From Octopus vulgaris (lineage: Eukaryota): DNA of 64,000 nt. The notes under the pieces are model-generated. The model did not search any database, was not told the DNA's origin, and worked only from the letters and a program-made list of their open reading frames with translations. The position numbers were made by a program, and so were the translations under genes. The stretch lies in NCBI GenBank assembly GCA_951406725.2, contig OX597831.1:82088001-82152000 (forward strand), in the 5' to 3' direction. This document shows, in pieces, positions 39,332 to 51,713 of this stretch. Each line of letters starts with the position of its first letter. Within the stretch, counting starts at the first letter, position 1.

Positions 39332-39957
39332 TTGAGCTTTTGTTCAGTTTGTTTTTGTTTCCAGCAAATAGTTTAGCGAATCAATGTAGAAGTTCAGATG
39401 AAATTAGAGACGATAGTTCGTGTCCTGCTAGTGGCTGAATACCTCTCCTGCTTCATTTGGACGTTGAAGGACCAGTCCACCTTAACTACGGATTAGGGAG
39501 GAAATACGGAAGCAGTGGGATTGCAAACACTGTAGAAATGACGTGTGTTTATTTAGTTTGCAGTGATGGGTACAACCGCTTTAGTGGTTCAATTCTGCTT
39601 CTCTTCTTTTATGTGTCCAGATGTATGGGGACTGTTACTATAATCGCCACGAAAACGAACGGGATTTCAGTTAGTTCTTTTGGTTGCCTCTGTAATCGCT
39701 TGAATTGCTAGAAATAGCAGCCAAATTTGACTCAAAGCTCGATGTACTATCTTTAAAAATGAAGGACACACTGGAAACTGCCAAGTAAGGTAAATGAAGA
39801 CGACAGTACTTTCATGGGTGGATCGTTTTTGAACATAGGACAGCTCTATTAGAACTAATCTACGGCCAAAGAACAGCAACAACAACGTCTGAATATAAGA
39901 GAGGATGGTCAAAGCTGGAAGGGATTTTCCGTACAAACATGCACACGCACACACATG

Positions 39958-39989
<32 letters not shown>

Positions 39990-40059
39990 TACATGCATAC
40001 ATACACCTACCTATGTATGTATAAATAAGCATACATATGTTTATGTGCATGTATGTTGG

Positions 40060-40093
<34 letters not shown>

Positions 40094-41080
40094 TAATATT
40101 GTATCATCGTAAATGGGATTCACTACAGATGGATGTATGTTTTGCACAACGCCAGCTTTTCATCATTTCAAAATTTGTTTGAATAGCTCTCACAAACTGA
40201 AACATATGGCCAACTGTAGCAAATCCCATTTACTTTAATGTAAGATAAATAATATTATTCCAGACATCTGACTCCGCCTTTGTGTCCCTTAATTGAGTAT
40301 GGCTTTTAGTTTATAACTAGCCTTTCGCATATGAGTACGCGTGCGCGCGTACACATATGTAGCGAACTGATGTAGGTATATATACCTGAAGACACGTAGA
40401 TATAAACTTGCGATTTGATGATGAAACCATGTGCGATGTGGTGTTTTTACTGAAGACCCCTCCTCCAAAAATAAATGTTTAACACTGCTAAATATTTTTT
40501 CTCCATCAGTATCACTTTCTTAATTTCAACTTCCTCTTCAATGACTAACAACTTTCTGTTTGTGGAGAGATTAAGAAACAGATAAATAAAAACTGAAAAA
40601 AATATTAAGCAGACAAAAAACGAAGAAGGAACCTTCACATGACTAATAAAAATCTGGAAACTGAAATAGGAAGCTGTCTGAATTACCAGCAGAAGAACGA
40701 GATATATCGCCATGCTGTGCCATCGCCAATACATATATTTCTTCTCGCAGAGAAATTAGCATTTGTTTACCTTTAGCCAAATGCCAAAAATATGTGTATA
40801 TAAATTATTGCCAGAAACGTGGCACGACCGAACTCAAAGACTCAGTCTTCAGTGTGAGGTTTGTTCTAAGAAAAACATTTACGATGGGAAAGAAATATTT
40901 TATAAATTCTCAGAGAAAAGTTTGGATTTTTTTTCTCCTCTTGGAAGACAAAAGCAGACTTCGGACATGAGCAGCTGCTAACCTTTTCGAAAAGTCTAAT
41001 TCCTACCTCAGCTAGGAGACTGTTTATACACCTGGGTTTGGTGCACACACACACATACACACACGCACACACATATATCC

Positions 41081-41176
<96 letters not shown>

Positions 41177-41325
41177 GTAGATAGATAGATAGATTCATGC
41201 ATTAGTCATGTTCCTGTTCGAAAGGACCCCGCTCATCGCTCAACAATGACCAATAGTCCGGTTGGCTGAAGTACCATCATCCCTTTTCTCTGCCACCGTC
41301 ACTACCGACACCCCCACCACTACCC

Positions 41326-41429
<104 letters not shown>

Positions 41430-41590
41430 GCTACTACTACTACAACAACAATAATGTGACTTCTGATTCTCTAAACTCATTACTAATAAAGTCAACAAAG
41501 GAATACCTGGGGAAAGCTCACAGCAGCCGCCATTACGCAGCCACTCTGTGGAAACCATTAACGGTACAAATATTGTCAATATTATGATTA

Positions 41591-41810
41591 AGGCGGCGAG
41601 CTGGCAGAATCGTTAGCACGCCGGGCGAAATACTTAGCGGCATTTCGTCCGTCTTCACGTTCTGAGTTCAAATTCTGCCGTAGTCAAGTTTACCTTTCGC
41701 GGGGGGAGGGGGTCGATAAAATAAGTACGAGTTGATCACTGGGGTCGATGTAATCGACTATCCCCCTCCCCACAAATTTCAAGCCTTCTGCTAATAGTAG
41801 AAAGGATTAT
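41591..41810 (+). mobile_element. SINE family B
   Basis: GGCGGCGAGCTGGCAGAATCGTTAGCACGCCGGGCGAAAT..GAGTTCAAATTC. Confidence 0.9.
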
Positions 41811-42525
41811 TGGATAACTTCCAGTAAATCCCTGGCAGTGCTATCGAGGTGCTCTGCCGGTTTGAGACCAGCTCTACAGACGCGGAAGTGCTGTCAGACG
41901 GACCTGTCCGAGGTGTGCGCAGGGCGACGAAACCATCCTGCATGCACTCATCCAGTGTCCGTGCATTACTGATGTGTGGTGCTGTGTCGAACGGCTGTTG
42001 TCGCGTGTAGGACGGATTCGTTCTCAGCCGAGTCCAAAATGCAGATCGCTCCGCCACCTTCCTTTGGCCGGGAAAGAAATGAAGTTTTCCTCTGTCTGGT
42101 GGCCATGGCGAAGGGGGTAGAGCGTTGGATGAGATTGAAAGTACTGAAAGAGGATTCTTTCCTCTTCGACCAATCCCTTATCAACTTTTTCAAGTTCCAT
42201 TTGAAAAGGAAAGTGAGGGTGGAGAAGGAAGCTCTGCTCAATACCCAGGATGAATGTGGCGACGATGGCCCGTGTGAGTGGGCCTGCTCTGAACGATTGC
42301 CTGTAGGCCAGAACGGTTGAGAGGAAGACGGCTGCCTGCCTGAAGTGCTCTTGGCGGTCGGGGCGACCAGGTCATGTGGGCTGCCTTGGTTGGCTCTCGG
42401 TGGAACTCCCCCTCCCTATTGGGGATTTTTGTTGTCAGAATTTTCTTGTTAATTGTTATTCATTGTATATTCGTCATTGTTCAACACATCCTCGCATCCC
42501 TTGAATTGTATTCTTTTTCTTTTTG
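41811..42525 (+). mobile_element. Tx1/L1-clade LINE 3' fragment
   Basis: GATAACTTCCAG (DNFQ), CPRC..DETILHALIQC, FLCLVAMAK..QSLINFFKFHLKRKVRVE, closely paralleling 14075-14560; ends at (TTC)n(TTA)n. Confidence 0.88.
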
Positions 42526-42564
42526 TTTCTTCTTCTTCTTCTTCTTCTTCTTCTTCTTCTTCTT

Positions 42565-42656
<92 letters not shown>

Positions 42657-42658
<2 letters not shown>

Positions 42659-42859
42659 CGGTGAGTTAGCAGAATCGTTAAAACGCCGGGCGAAATGCTT
42701 TGCAGTATTTCATCTGCTGCTATGTTCTGAATTCTATTTCCACCGTGGTCGATTTTGCCGTTCATTCTTTCGGGGTCGTACCAGTTTCGCATTGGGGTCG
42801 ATGTAATCGACTTAATCCCTTCCCCCAAAATTTGAGGCCTTGTGCTTCCAGTAGAAAGG

Positions 42860-42909
<50 letters not shown>

Positions 42910-43325
42910 AGCGGCGCGCTGGTAGAATGTTTGGCAGCATTTCTTCCGGTTTTATATTCTGAGTTCAAATTTCTCCGAAGTTGACTTTGCTTTTCATCGT
43001 TTCGCGACCAATAAAATAAGTACCAGTCGAACACTGGAGTCGATACAATCGACTTGCCCTCTCCCCACAAACTTCAGGTCTCACACCTCCAGTGGAAAGC
43101 ATTATCATCTATGACGATTATCATAATTTTGGCACAAGGCCAGCATTTTGAGGGAGAGATGGTTAGTTGATACCGTTAACCTTAGCATTTAAGTGATACT
43201 TTATTTTATCGACCTCAGAGGGATGAAATGCAAACTTGATCCCTTGTAAGATATGAACACAGAATATAAAGAACCGAAAGAAAAATTGCAAAGCATCTTT
43301 TCCTACGATTCTGTTAGTTCAGTAA
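42657..43325. mobile_element. SINE family B chain: two plus copies (42657-42862, 42910-43105) and one degenerate minus copy (43130-43325)
   Basis: Each plus copy starts directly after a (TTA)n array; shared core motifs. Confidence 0.8.
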
Positions 43326-43857
43326 CAACAGTTTGTACGACGCACACACGATGCTAGCTTTACAACAACCCGATAACAACAACAGCAGCAACAGCGGTTT
43401 TGGTGACATACACTATATTAGCTTTAAGATTGCACTTTAAGACTAGCAGTAGTTTCAAAGACATACACTTTACTATAAACAGATTCATATTTGAATACAC
43501 TTTACTGTCTTTATAATTCCACTCCAACGGCAGTAGCAGCATCCACTCTACACCTGTTTCGAAACTTTACAACATAACTCGTGTACTTTTGTCACTTCTA
43601 TATTTTTTCATTTGTTCATTTTTCCCCCCCATGTAACCTTGTTATTTCGCTATGGCTCAGGAGAAAGTGTTGCTTTCACCATAAACTTATTAATTCACCT
43701 TGTATCGCCAGAAGTGAATTTTAGCGTCGTAGGTTTACCGTTTTCCAATGGACCAATCACAGATTCACCACGTTTCTAATGGCGAGAGCGACAAGGAAGT
43801 GTTAATAACTTGATGCAGAAAAAATATTGCGAAGGACTTGGCAAGGAAAGGCTCGTT

Positions 43858-43927
<70 letters not shown>

Positions 43928-44324
43928 TCTTTGAGTGACTAACGTTCCTCTATTCCTTGCAGAAAGATGGACTCTGGTCTGAGAGTGGAGATTCCTAGAC
44001 TGACCACAGTCCATCTATATCAGGCAGACAGGTTGTCTTATGCCATGTAAAGTTGTTTTGTTTTTGTTTTATTTTATTTCTTTGTACAAATCAACATTAG
44101 CCCGTTAACACTGGATTTGAACTCAGAGTATGCGAGTTCAAATCCGTTAACTTATCTCCTCAGTCCTCTCGCAGCTACTGTCATTACCTCTGAAAACAGT
44201 GTGGTTTGATCCGCTTGAAATAGCAGCTTGGTCCCAAGTATCTTAGCCCTCAATTGCAAACACAAAGCTACACTGTTATACAATAGACTCCTCTGTGTTA
44301 CACAGACACAGAGAGAGAGAGAGA

Positions 44325-44370
<46 letters not shown>

Positions 44371-44738
44371 CTCTCTTTCTCTCTCTCTCTTTCTCTCTTT
44401 CACACACACACACATGCACTGTATTAAGGTTATCTCACATCAATACATTCTTTATTCTGTTTCCTAAAAATATTCACAACAAAAATAACAACAGCAGTGC
44501 TAGCAGAGAAAAAAATTTTGAATTTAGAAGTAAGATGTGAGAGAGTGGTGGTGGTGGTGGTGGTGGTGGTGGTTGCGGTGGCGGTGGTGTTGGCTGTGGT
44601 GGCGGCGGGGGTGTTGGTGGTGGTGGTTATGAATGCTGGTAGCGATGGGGATAGCAATGCTGGTGGCAGTTGCGTGTGTATATATGTGAATATATGAGAA
44701 TCAATTTATAAATGTTATATATGTTTGTAAATATATAT

Positions 44739-44795
<57 letters not shown>

Positions 44796-44808
44796 CGCAT
44801 ATACACAC

Positions 44809-44844
<36 letters not shown>

Positions 44845-44909
44845 ATGCGTGCGTGTTGTCTCTCTCTCTCTCGCGCTGGTGTAACGATATAATGGAGGCT
44901 GCAAGCAAT

Positions 44910-45090
44910 ATAAAGAGGTTGATCTAAAAAAGGGCATCCAACTGTAGAAATTAAGCCAAAACAGAACATAGGAGGGAGGCAAAGTCCTCCCTATTAAAGG
45001 AGAAGGTCAGTAAACTCCAACTGGGAATCGACTCAGGCCGAGAGGAACCTTCCAACCCATGACAGCGTAGGAAAGAAGACGTAAATTGAG
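44910..45090 (+). mobile_element. 3' part of another SINE family
   Basis: AAGGGCATCCAACTGTAGAAA..CCAACCCATGACAGCG..GACGTAAA resembles a SINE tail recalled from cephalopod repeats; single copy here. Confidence 0.4.
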
Positions 45091-45164
45091 GAGAAGGAAG
45101 AGAAAGGGGAGGATCATCGAGATGTTTTATATATGATAATACAGACAGACACACATGCATACAA

Positions 45165-46322
45165 GCATGGCCGTGCGATGGTTACGAAGCTCGCGTCACA
45201 ACCACGTGGTTTAGGGCTGAGTCCCACTACACGACACTTTGGGCAATATTATTCTACAGAGTGGCGCTCAAAAGAATAGTCCGGGTTCCTTAGCATAGTA
45301 TAAATACAGAAATAAATTTGCACACGCGAAAAAAGCCCCCCCCCCCCCAGCTTTTGGTTTGCATGTGTCTTTGTGTTATTTCGACCGCCTGTAACTGCTG
45401 AACTAAGATGACGCCATAGGTCGATTGTTTGCTACGTTATCTTCCCCGCAGCCTCAGTACATTATTTGATAGTAAGATTGCATCGAGTAAACATCTCTAG
45501 CATTTTCTGCAAGAAGACGTATTCGATAGCGGAAAGAGTAGAGATAGTTGAAGCAGAACTGAGAGCGGGTTCTGTTAAGCAAATGCGTGGAAGTTTTGAA
45601 GCTAAGAGAACGATACAAATGTCGGTTAAGAAGTGACGCCGTATGGAGTCAGTGTAGAACGTGCCAAGACAAAGAGACCCTACAGTTCGAACGCCGGAGG
45701 TTATTCAGGGCGTCGCCAAAGGGTTACTCGAAGTCCGTAAACTGATGCAGCAGACTCGCGTAAGCAGGGGACTCTGCCAACGAGTGCTGAAAAGTCTAAA
45801 GTTGAAACCATATCATTTCACATGTGTACAGCAATTAAAAGTGGATGTCAAAAGTAAACGAGTAAATTACTGTAAATGGCTTCTGAATAGCAGTTACAAA
45901 CGGTCGAAATAGCACAATGACACTTCTAAACGAAAGGCTGACAGCTTTTTCGTGTGTGTACATCCATATCTGTATTGAGACTGTGCTACCGAACCAGGGC
46001 TACTTTTTTCCTGCCCCACCCTTTACCATAGCCTCGGGCTGACCAATATCGTGTGAATGATTCAGGTAAACGGAAACTGTATGCAAGCCCGTCGTATCTA
46101 TATTAATGTATATATGTGTGTACGTGTATCCATTTCTTTGTTCGGCGCACCAGTTGACAATCAGTGTTTATTTCCTCCTAACTTTGTTGTTCGGCAAAAG
46201 AGGTGAATGGAGTAAGTATTAGCCGTTAAAAATAGGTTCTGTGGTTGATTTGTTCGACTACACTCTTCACGTCAGCGCCCCAGCATTCAGTCCGATAGCT
46301 AAAGCAAGTGAAAGGTGAACGA
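45165..46322 (+). mobile_element. SINE family A copy split by a Tc1/mariner element
   Basis: Head to ..TTGGGCAATATTATTCTA (45256), resuming at CCATAGCCTCGGGCTGACCAA (46026). Confidence 0.8.
45257..46023 (+). mobile_element. Internally deleted Tc1/mariner-superfamily element (maT/rosa-like)
   Basis: TA on both flanks; degenerate TIRs CAGAGTGGCGC..TAGTCCGGGTTC / GAACCAGGGCTA..GCCCCACCCTT; LKLKPYHFTCVQQL..D...RVNYCKW motif. Confidence 0.75.
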
Positions 46323-46324
46323 TA

Positions 46325-46361
<37 letters not shown>

Positions 46362-46695
46362 TCTTACTTACAAATATATGTATGTATGCATGTATGTATA
46401 CATATTCATACGTACGTCACACACATACGCCTGTGTGTTGCGAGTATAAAGAGAACAGTCAGCGGGGCTTATTAGAAGCGCTGTTAGAAAGTTAGAAGCT
46501 GTTCGAGGCAGACACCCAGACAAGCATCAGATACCAATAGAAAAAAAAAGTCGTAGAGGGGACAAAAAGGAAGAAGAAAATGTAGTAAAGGAGGAAGGGA
46601 GGTAGCGGAGGTGTGGTAGGGAGAGCTGTTGCAGTGGTGGGGTGGATGACGGGGTAGAGATAGAGACAGAGAGGAGCTGGAAACAAAACACAGTG

Positions 46696-46772
<77 letters not shown>

Positions 46773-46944
46773 CTCGCAGCATAATAGCCACATGCACCAC
46801 ACATACACTCACATAGAATATGCACAGAGACGTGTGTTATATTTCAGATGAGTCGCATCATCTTTTGAATGTACGTCATCAGTTTATCCTATGTTGGACA
46901 GAAACACATGGCTCTTTGTCATTCCATGAAACTGATTCACCTTA

Positions 46945-47007
46945 AGCTAATCCACTTTAGCTAATCCACTTTAGCTAATCCGCTTTGAGCTAATCCACTT
47001 TAAGCTA
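46945..47007. repeat. Four tandem 14-bp units AGCTAATCCACTTT
   Basis: Direct inspection; the third unit is AGCTAATCCGCTTTG. Confidence 0.9.
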
Positions 47008-47039
47008 TTGTCATCATTGTAACAGTTTCACTCAAAGTG

Positions 47040-47550
47040 CTGTCACAGCCTGTAATGACATGCATAAGATCTGGTCATCAAATCTAAGTAGAGATTTCAA
47101 ACTTGAAATCTTCAAAGCCACAGTCGAACCAATTCTACTAAATGGCTCAGAAACCTGGACGTTATCAAAGAAGCTTGAGAGGCGGTTGGATGGAACCTAC
47201 ACTCGCCTCCTTATGAGAGCTCAAAATCTCTCGTGGAAGCGCCATCCAGCCAAAGTACAAATATATGGGAAACTACCACCTGTGCCATCTCTTGTGAAAG
47301 GTAGGAGAGTCCAGTTTGCTGGACATTGTTGTAGAGCTGAAAACGGGGTAATTTCTACTCTTCTCCTCTGGAAGCCATCTACTCGCAATACCAGAGGGCG
47401 CACACTCTCCTACCCTGATGTAATCTCCAGGGATACAGGCATCCAGCAACAGGACCTCCGCAATGCCATGATGGACCGTGAAGTCTGGTGTAGCCTGGTA
47501 AATTCCATTGTCTCGACCACGGTCGAACACTGATGATGATGATGATGATG
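47040..47550 (+). mobile_element. RTE-clade LINE 3' fragment
   Basis: KLEIFKATVEPILL.GSETWTL..RLDGTYTRLL..RRVQFAGHC.R..MMDREVW; open frame to the stop, then a (TGA)n tail. Confidence 0.88.
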
Positions 47551-47974
47551 TCACATTCCATAGCCTTGATTAGCTTTTACTTTGCACCGTCATTATTTAA
47601 TGATATATTCTTGTTCACTGCATTAACTTGTCCACGCATGCGCAGCTGATCTACTCAATAAAGCGCGCAACGCATAAACGAGCCGACAGTGTTTACAGCC
47701 TCGTAATCTGCATGTAACTCATTGGATCATTTAGTGAAGGCGTGGGTGGCAGAAAGTAGGAAAGTAATCCAAGGAAAACGCTGCAAAGTTTGCGTTTTTG
47801 CGGTGTTTACTTAGTTACAGGTGCCAAGTATGCTGGTTGTGGGCCGGACGTTCAGCTATTCAACCGTTTATAATTGGAATGTGTCCGGAACGGGATTGTG
47901 TTTAAAAGTGTGTTAAGTGAATTTGGTTGTATGCAAATATGCGGAGCCTGTTTCTTCCTCTCTCTTTATCATGA

Positions 47975-48620
47975 TTACTATGAGTGTCTGCTTAAACATC
48001 ATTACTTCAGTCATACATCATCCTTCAGACACAGACAGGAGGAATACAGCATTCTCGAGTTACATTCGGCACTTAAAAATGCATGATACTGACTTTGCTA
48101 TCAAGTGGAAAATTCTAGAGAGAACCCAATGCATCATTAATAGCTCTAAAATGTACAATTTATATACAACTAAGAAAAGCCAATCTTGAATAACATTAGC
48201 AAGTCTGGAAATAAAGATGATATCAGATTTTTTTTATGAAACAAGAAACTGATAAGATTTGTAAATGTTCTCTAGCTCCAGATTTAGCATTGACCTAACA
48301 TTGACCTAACATACACTAACATTCTACCCCTGCAATACACTATGTATTATCCTCTTAATATCCCTCAGTCTGTCATTTTTCGTGGATTACTACCACTTTC
48401 TCTCTCGATTTAAAGAATCTAAGAAAGTTTTCGAAACATGCTTTTTATCGATTTAATCTTTCTGTTCAAATTGTAAACATTTGAAGGTACCGCCCAGTTT
48501 AGTCAGCGTGGCTTATCATATCTGAGATTCAAGGCAAACAACAGGAAATTATTTGTATTCTCTGTAAATATATATAAATTTGTATCTTCGTGCAATATAA
48601 ATTTGTAATATCGTCCGATG
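47975..48620 (+). mobile_element. Penelope-like element 3' relic (GIY-YIG region plus UTR)
   Basis: HTSSFRH..SSYIRHLKMHDTDFAIKWKILER....NSSKMYNLY.TKK parallels H..SFR..LS.YIW.LK..I.W.IL..C.LC..EK. Confidence 0.65.
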
Positions 48621-48759
48621 ATTGCTTGGACTTTTAAACTCTGCCATGAAACTATTCATAACAAAATGTTGGTTCACACAGACAATACCGTCATGTATAT
48701 TATACTCTACAATCGTTTTGAGTGCTCTAGTTTTATTCCTCGAATTTCATTTACAGTAT

Positions 48760-48826
<67 letters not shown>

Positions 48827-48854
48827 CAGCAGCAGCAGTAATGATGATGATAAT

Positions 48855-50225
48855 TTCTTTTATTTGCCACCAGTACGAAGGATGAGAGGGACAATACAAA
48901 GACAGACGTAAAGTGTGTATGTAGAGGGGGAAGTTACATGATGAAATGAAAAAGAATTGGTATACAATAAAACAAGGTAGAGAAGTGTACATAGAATACA
49001 ACAGTGAAAAAAATGGTAGTCATGTGGTCCTCCTGACACAAGAGGACCTCTATTGTTACTCAAGGAACTCTACCGTCCAAGATCTCTCTGAACACCAAGG
49101 GCAAGTGCCCTCTCCAGTTCTTCTTCGACTCACTGGTCTACACTTAAAGCGGAACCATCCACTCTTGGCATTTTCGCAACGTTCACCCACCTTCCAATAA
49201 ATTTATTCGAGGACAGTACCTCCCGACCCACCTTCACTTTCCTTTTCAAGTAAAACTTGGAGAAGTCAATGAGACCCCTTCTAAAGAGGAATGCATCTGT
49301 CCTCATGTCTTTCAGCCCTATCCACCAGACAACTTATTTCGCCACAGCCTCAGGCAAAGGAAAACTGACTTACCTGCCCGATTAAAGGAGGGCAGTGGGG
49401 CAATTATCACTATGAACTCGGCCGATAGACACATCCATCATACACGCGACAAAAATCCACAAATCAGTAATGCCAGGACACCAAACGAATGCGTGTAGAA
49501 CGGTTTCGTTGCTCTGCACACAACTTGGAGAAACACGTCTGATAGCACATCCGTGCTTGCACAGTTTATCTCGAACATGTAGCATTGCCAGGCCAAGGAT
49601 ATCTGGAAATAATCCTCCGGAACAAACTAGCTAGTTCCTTTTCATCGACGTCGTCGCACTTCACCGCCACCAATCCTTTATATATTGATAAAGCGGAACA
49701 TCAACTGTTCCCATTTCCTGGTAGAGGGCTGTGAGCGGCTGACGACATTCCAGGTGCCAAGCACTGTCCAAAAATCGTCTCAGGCCGTGCATCTTCGGTG
49801 CACGTCTGCGCATCAGAAGCCACGGCGTGCCTAATCCGCCTTTCAGAGAGTGTTGGCAGCACACTGACCTCCTGACCATTGGAACGCCTTAGCCCCAACA
49901 ACACAGCTTCCGTGTTTCGCTTCGAAGAAATGGACAAGGGCCATTCTTGCCGCTAGCACTTCTCTCTCACCCTCATTTTCATTTTTGAAGATAAATTGTA
50001 AGAAGTTGATGACAACTTCGCCAAAGAGGGAGGTATCTGTCTCCAGCCAGCCCTTTCAATCTCTCCCATTACACAACTTCTTTCGTCAAAGCCACAAGAC
50101 AGATATAGACAAAAGAAGCCGGTGATACGATCTTCACAATAGATTCAGTTGAAAGCTGCATCTGATCCACACGTAACAGCGTTTGATATGACCCCGCAAG
50201 GTCAGTGATACTTGGGGGCACTGGA
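48855..50225 (-). mobile_element. Two Tx1/L1-clade 3' fragments (48855-49880 and about 49955-50225)
   Basis: VRRSVCCQHSLKGGLG, LHVRDKL..CVQSNETVLHAFV.C and QMQLSTESIVKIV..CLVALTKE, homologous to the 13660-14560 region. Confidence 0.85.
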
Positions 50226-50496
50226 AAAGTTGGTGGACAACTGTTTCGTTGCTCTTCGCTCATCTCGGATATTCCCGGTTGATAGCACTTCCGTACTTAA
50301 AGAGAGAGAGAGAGAGAGGAAGAGAAAGAGAAAGGGGGAAGAGAGTGAGAGAGAGAAAGAGAAAGAGGAAGGAGGGGGAGAAGAAGGGAATTAGAGAAGG
50401 ACGGAGGAAGAAAACAGTATAGAGTAGAGAGACATCAAAAAGGGAAAATAAACTTAGTTGGAAATGGATGCGTGGCGTTCAATTAAATAATAAATA

Positions 50497-50576
<80 letters not shown>

Positions 50577-50580
<4 letters not shown>

Positions 50581-50906
50581 TAGTAACAAGTGAAAAGCCT
50601 ACAGAAGGCTTGTTTTAGAAGGTTAAAAAATATATATTTGAGTCATTATGTCAGAAGAATGTTATAAATGTTTTTCATACAGTGACATAGTTTTTGAAGA
50701 AATTACCGGTTTCGTGTTGACTTTTCAAATTTCTCAAAACAATGTTTTGAGAAATTTTTTAATTAACACGAAACCGGTAATTTCTTCAAAAATTATGTCA
50801 CTGTATGAAAAAAATTTATAACATTCTTCTGACATAATGACTCAAATATATATTTTTTAACCTTCTAAAACAAGCCTTCTGTAATTTTTTCACTTGTTAC
50901 TATTTT
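50577..50906. repeat. Fold-back element 1 (~165-bp arms, essentially no spacer)
   Basis: AAAATAGTAACAAGTGAAAA.. pairs with ..TTTTCACTTGTTACTATTTT; centre at 50742; each arm carries CGAAACCGGTAATTTC on one strand. Confidence 0.92.
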
Positions 50907-50947
50907 CTATATATTCAACCAGGTGCTTTCACACACCAACTTTCTCT

Positions 50948-51015
<68 letters not shown>

Positions 51016-51019
<4 letters not shown>

Positions 51020-51168
51020 CGCATATTTGCCATTTGAATATGGCTAACCCGTAAGGGGTGGATGCTACTGTAGTTTAGCCAGCTGGAGGAGATATCTTCC
51101 GGGCTACAAACTACAGTAGCATCCACCCCTTAGGGGTTAGCCATATTCAAATGGCAAATATGCATCAC
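51016..51168. repeat. Fold-back element 2 (~60-bp arms plus a partly paired interior)
   Basis: GTGACGCATATTTGCCATTTGAATATGGCTAACCC.. versus ..GGGTTAGCCATATTCAAATGGCAAATATGCATCAC. Confidence 0.92.
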
Positions 51169-51215
51169 GATGTGTTACTGCTACTGTTTATAACTCGCTC
51201 TGAGATTTATCATTG

Positions 51216-51267
<52 letters not shown>

Positions 51268-51364
51268 TAGTTACTCCAAACATGAACAAAGAGAAAACAC
51301 AACAACGTGAGGATGTGGAACAAGTATAGTGTTATTGGACGCTCAGGTACGGAAAGAAAGGAGG

Positions 51365-51399
51365 ATTTAATGTTTCGAGCGGAGCTCTTCATCAGAAAC
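51365..51399 (-). ncRNA. Minimal hammerhead ribozyme motif (left arm)
   Basis: Minus strand: GTTT-CTGATGA-AGAGC-TCC-GCTC-GAAA-CA-TT-AAAT. Confidence 0.55.
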
Positions 51400-51503
51400 A
51401 TAGAAAAAGGAAAGGTCCAAGGAAGGGAAGACGGAGGAAGAAAATCGCCAACGATACACACGCGGTCTCTGTCTTCCCTTCCTTGGACCTTTCCTTTTTC
51501 TAT

Positions 51504-51538
51504 ATTTCTGACGAAGAGCTCCGCTCGAAACGTTAAAT
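51504..51538 (+). ncRNA. Minimal hammerhead ribozyme motif (right arm)
   Basis: ATTT-CTGACGA-AGAGC-TCC-GCTC-GAAA-CG-TT-AAAT: intact CUGANGA and GAAA cores, 4-bp stem II with one extra A, palindromic AACGTT at stem III, 4-bp stem I. Confidence 0.65.
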
Positions 51539-51653
51539 CCTCCTTCTTTCCTTTTCTTTCCTCAGCGTCCGATAAAACTATACTTGTTCCACATCCTTGC
51601 GTTGTTGTGTTTTCTCTTTGTTCATGTTTGGATTAACTATATATATATATATA

Positions 51654-51713
<60 letters not shown>

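Larger units (their letters stand above)
51267..51640. repeat. Fold-back element 3 (~170-bp arms, ~30-nt spacer)
   Basis: ATAGTTACTCCAAACATGAACAAAGAGAAAACAC.. versus ..GTGTTTTCTCTTTGTTCATGTTTGGATTAACTAT; (TA)n on both sides. Confidence 0.92.

Noticed and set aside
40447-40734. Minus-strand ORF with a signal-peptide-like start (MAIYLVLLLVIQTAS)
   Set aside because: Hydrophobicity is expected from T-rich sequence, and there is no recognisable domain or partner exon.
46945-47007. CRISPR-like array (also considered for 30133-30495 and 21462-21697)
   Set aside because: Units are directly tandem or degenerate with no unique spacers, there are no cas genes, and the context is eukaryotic.
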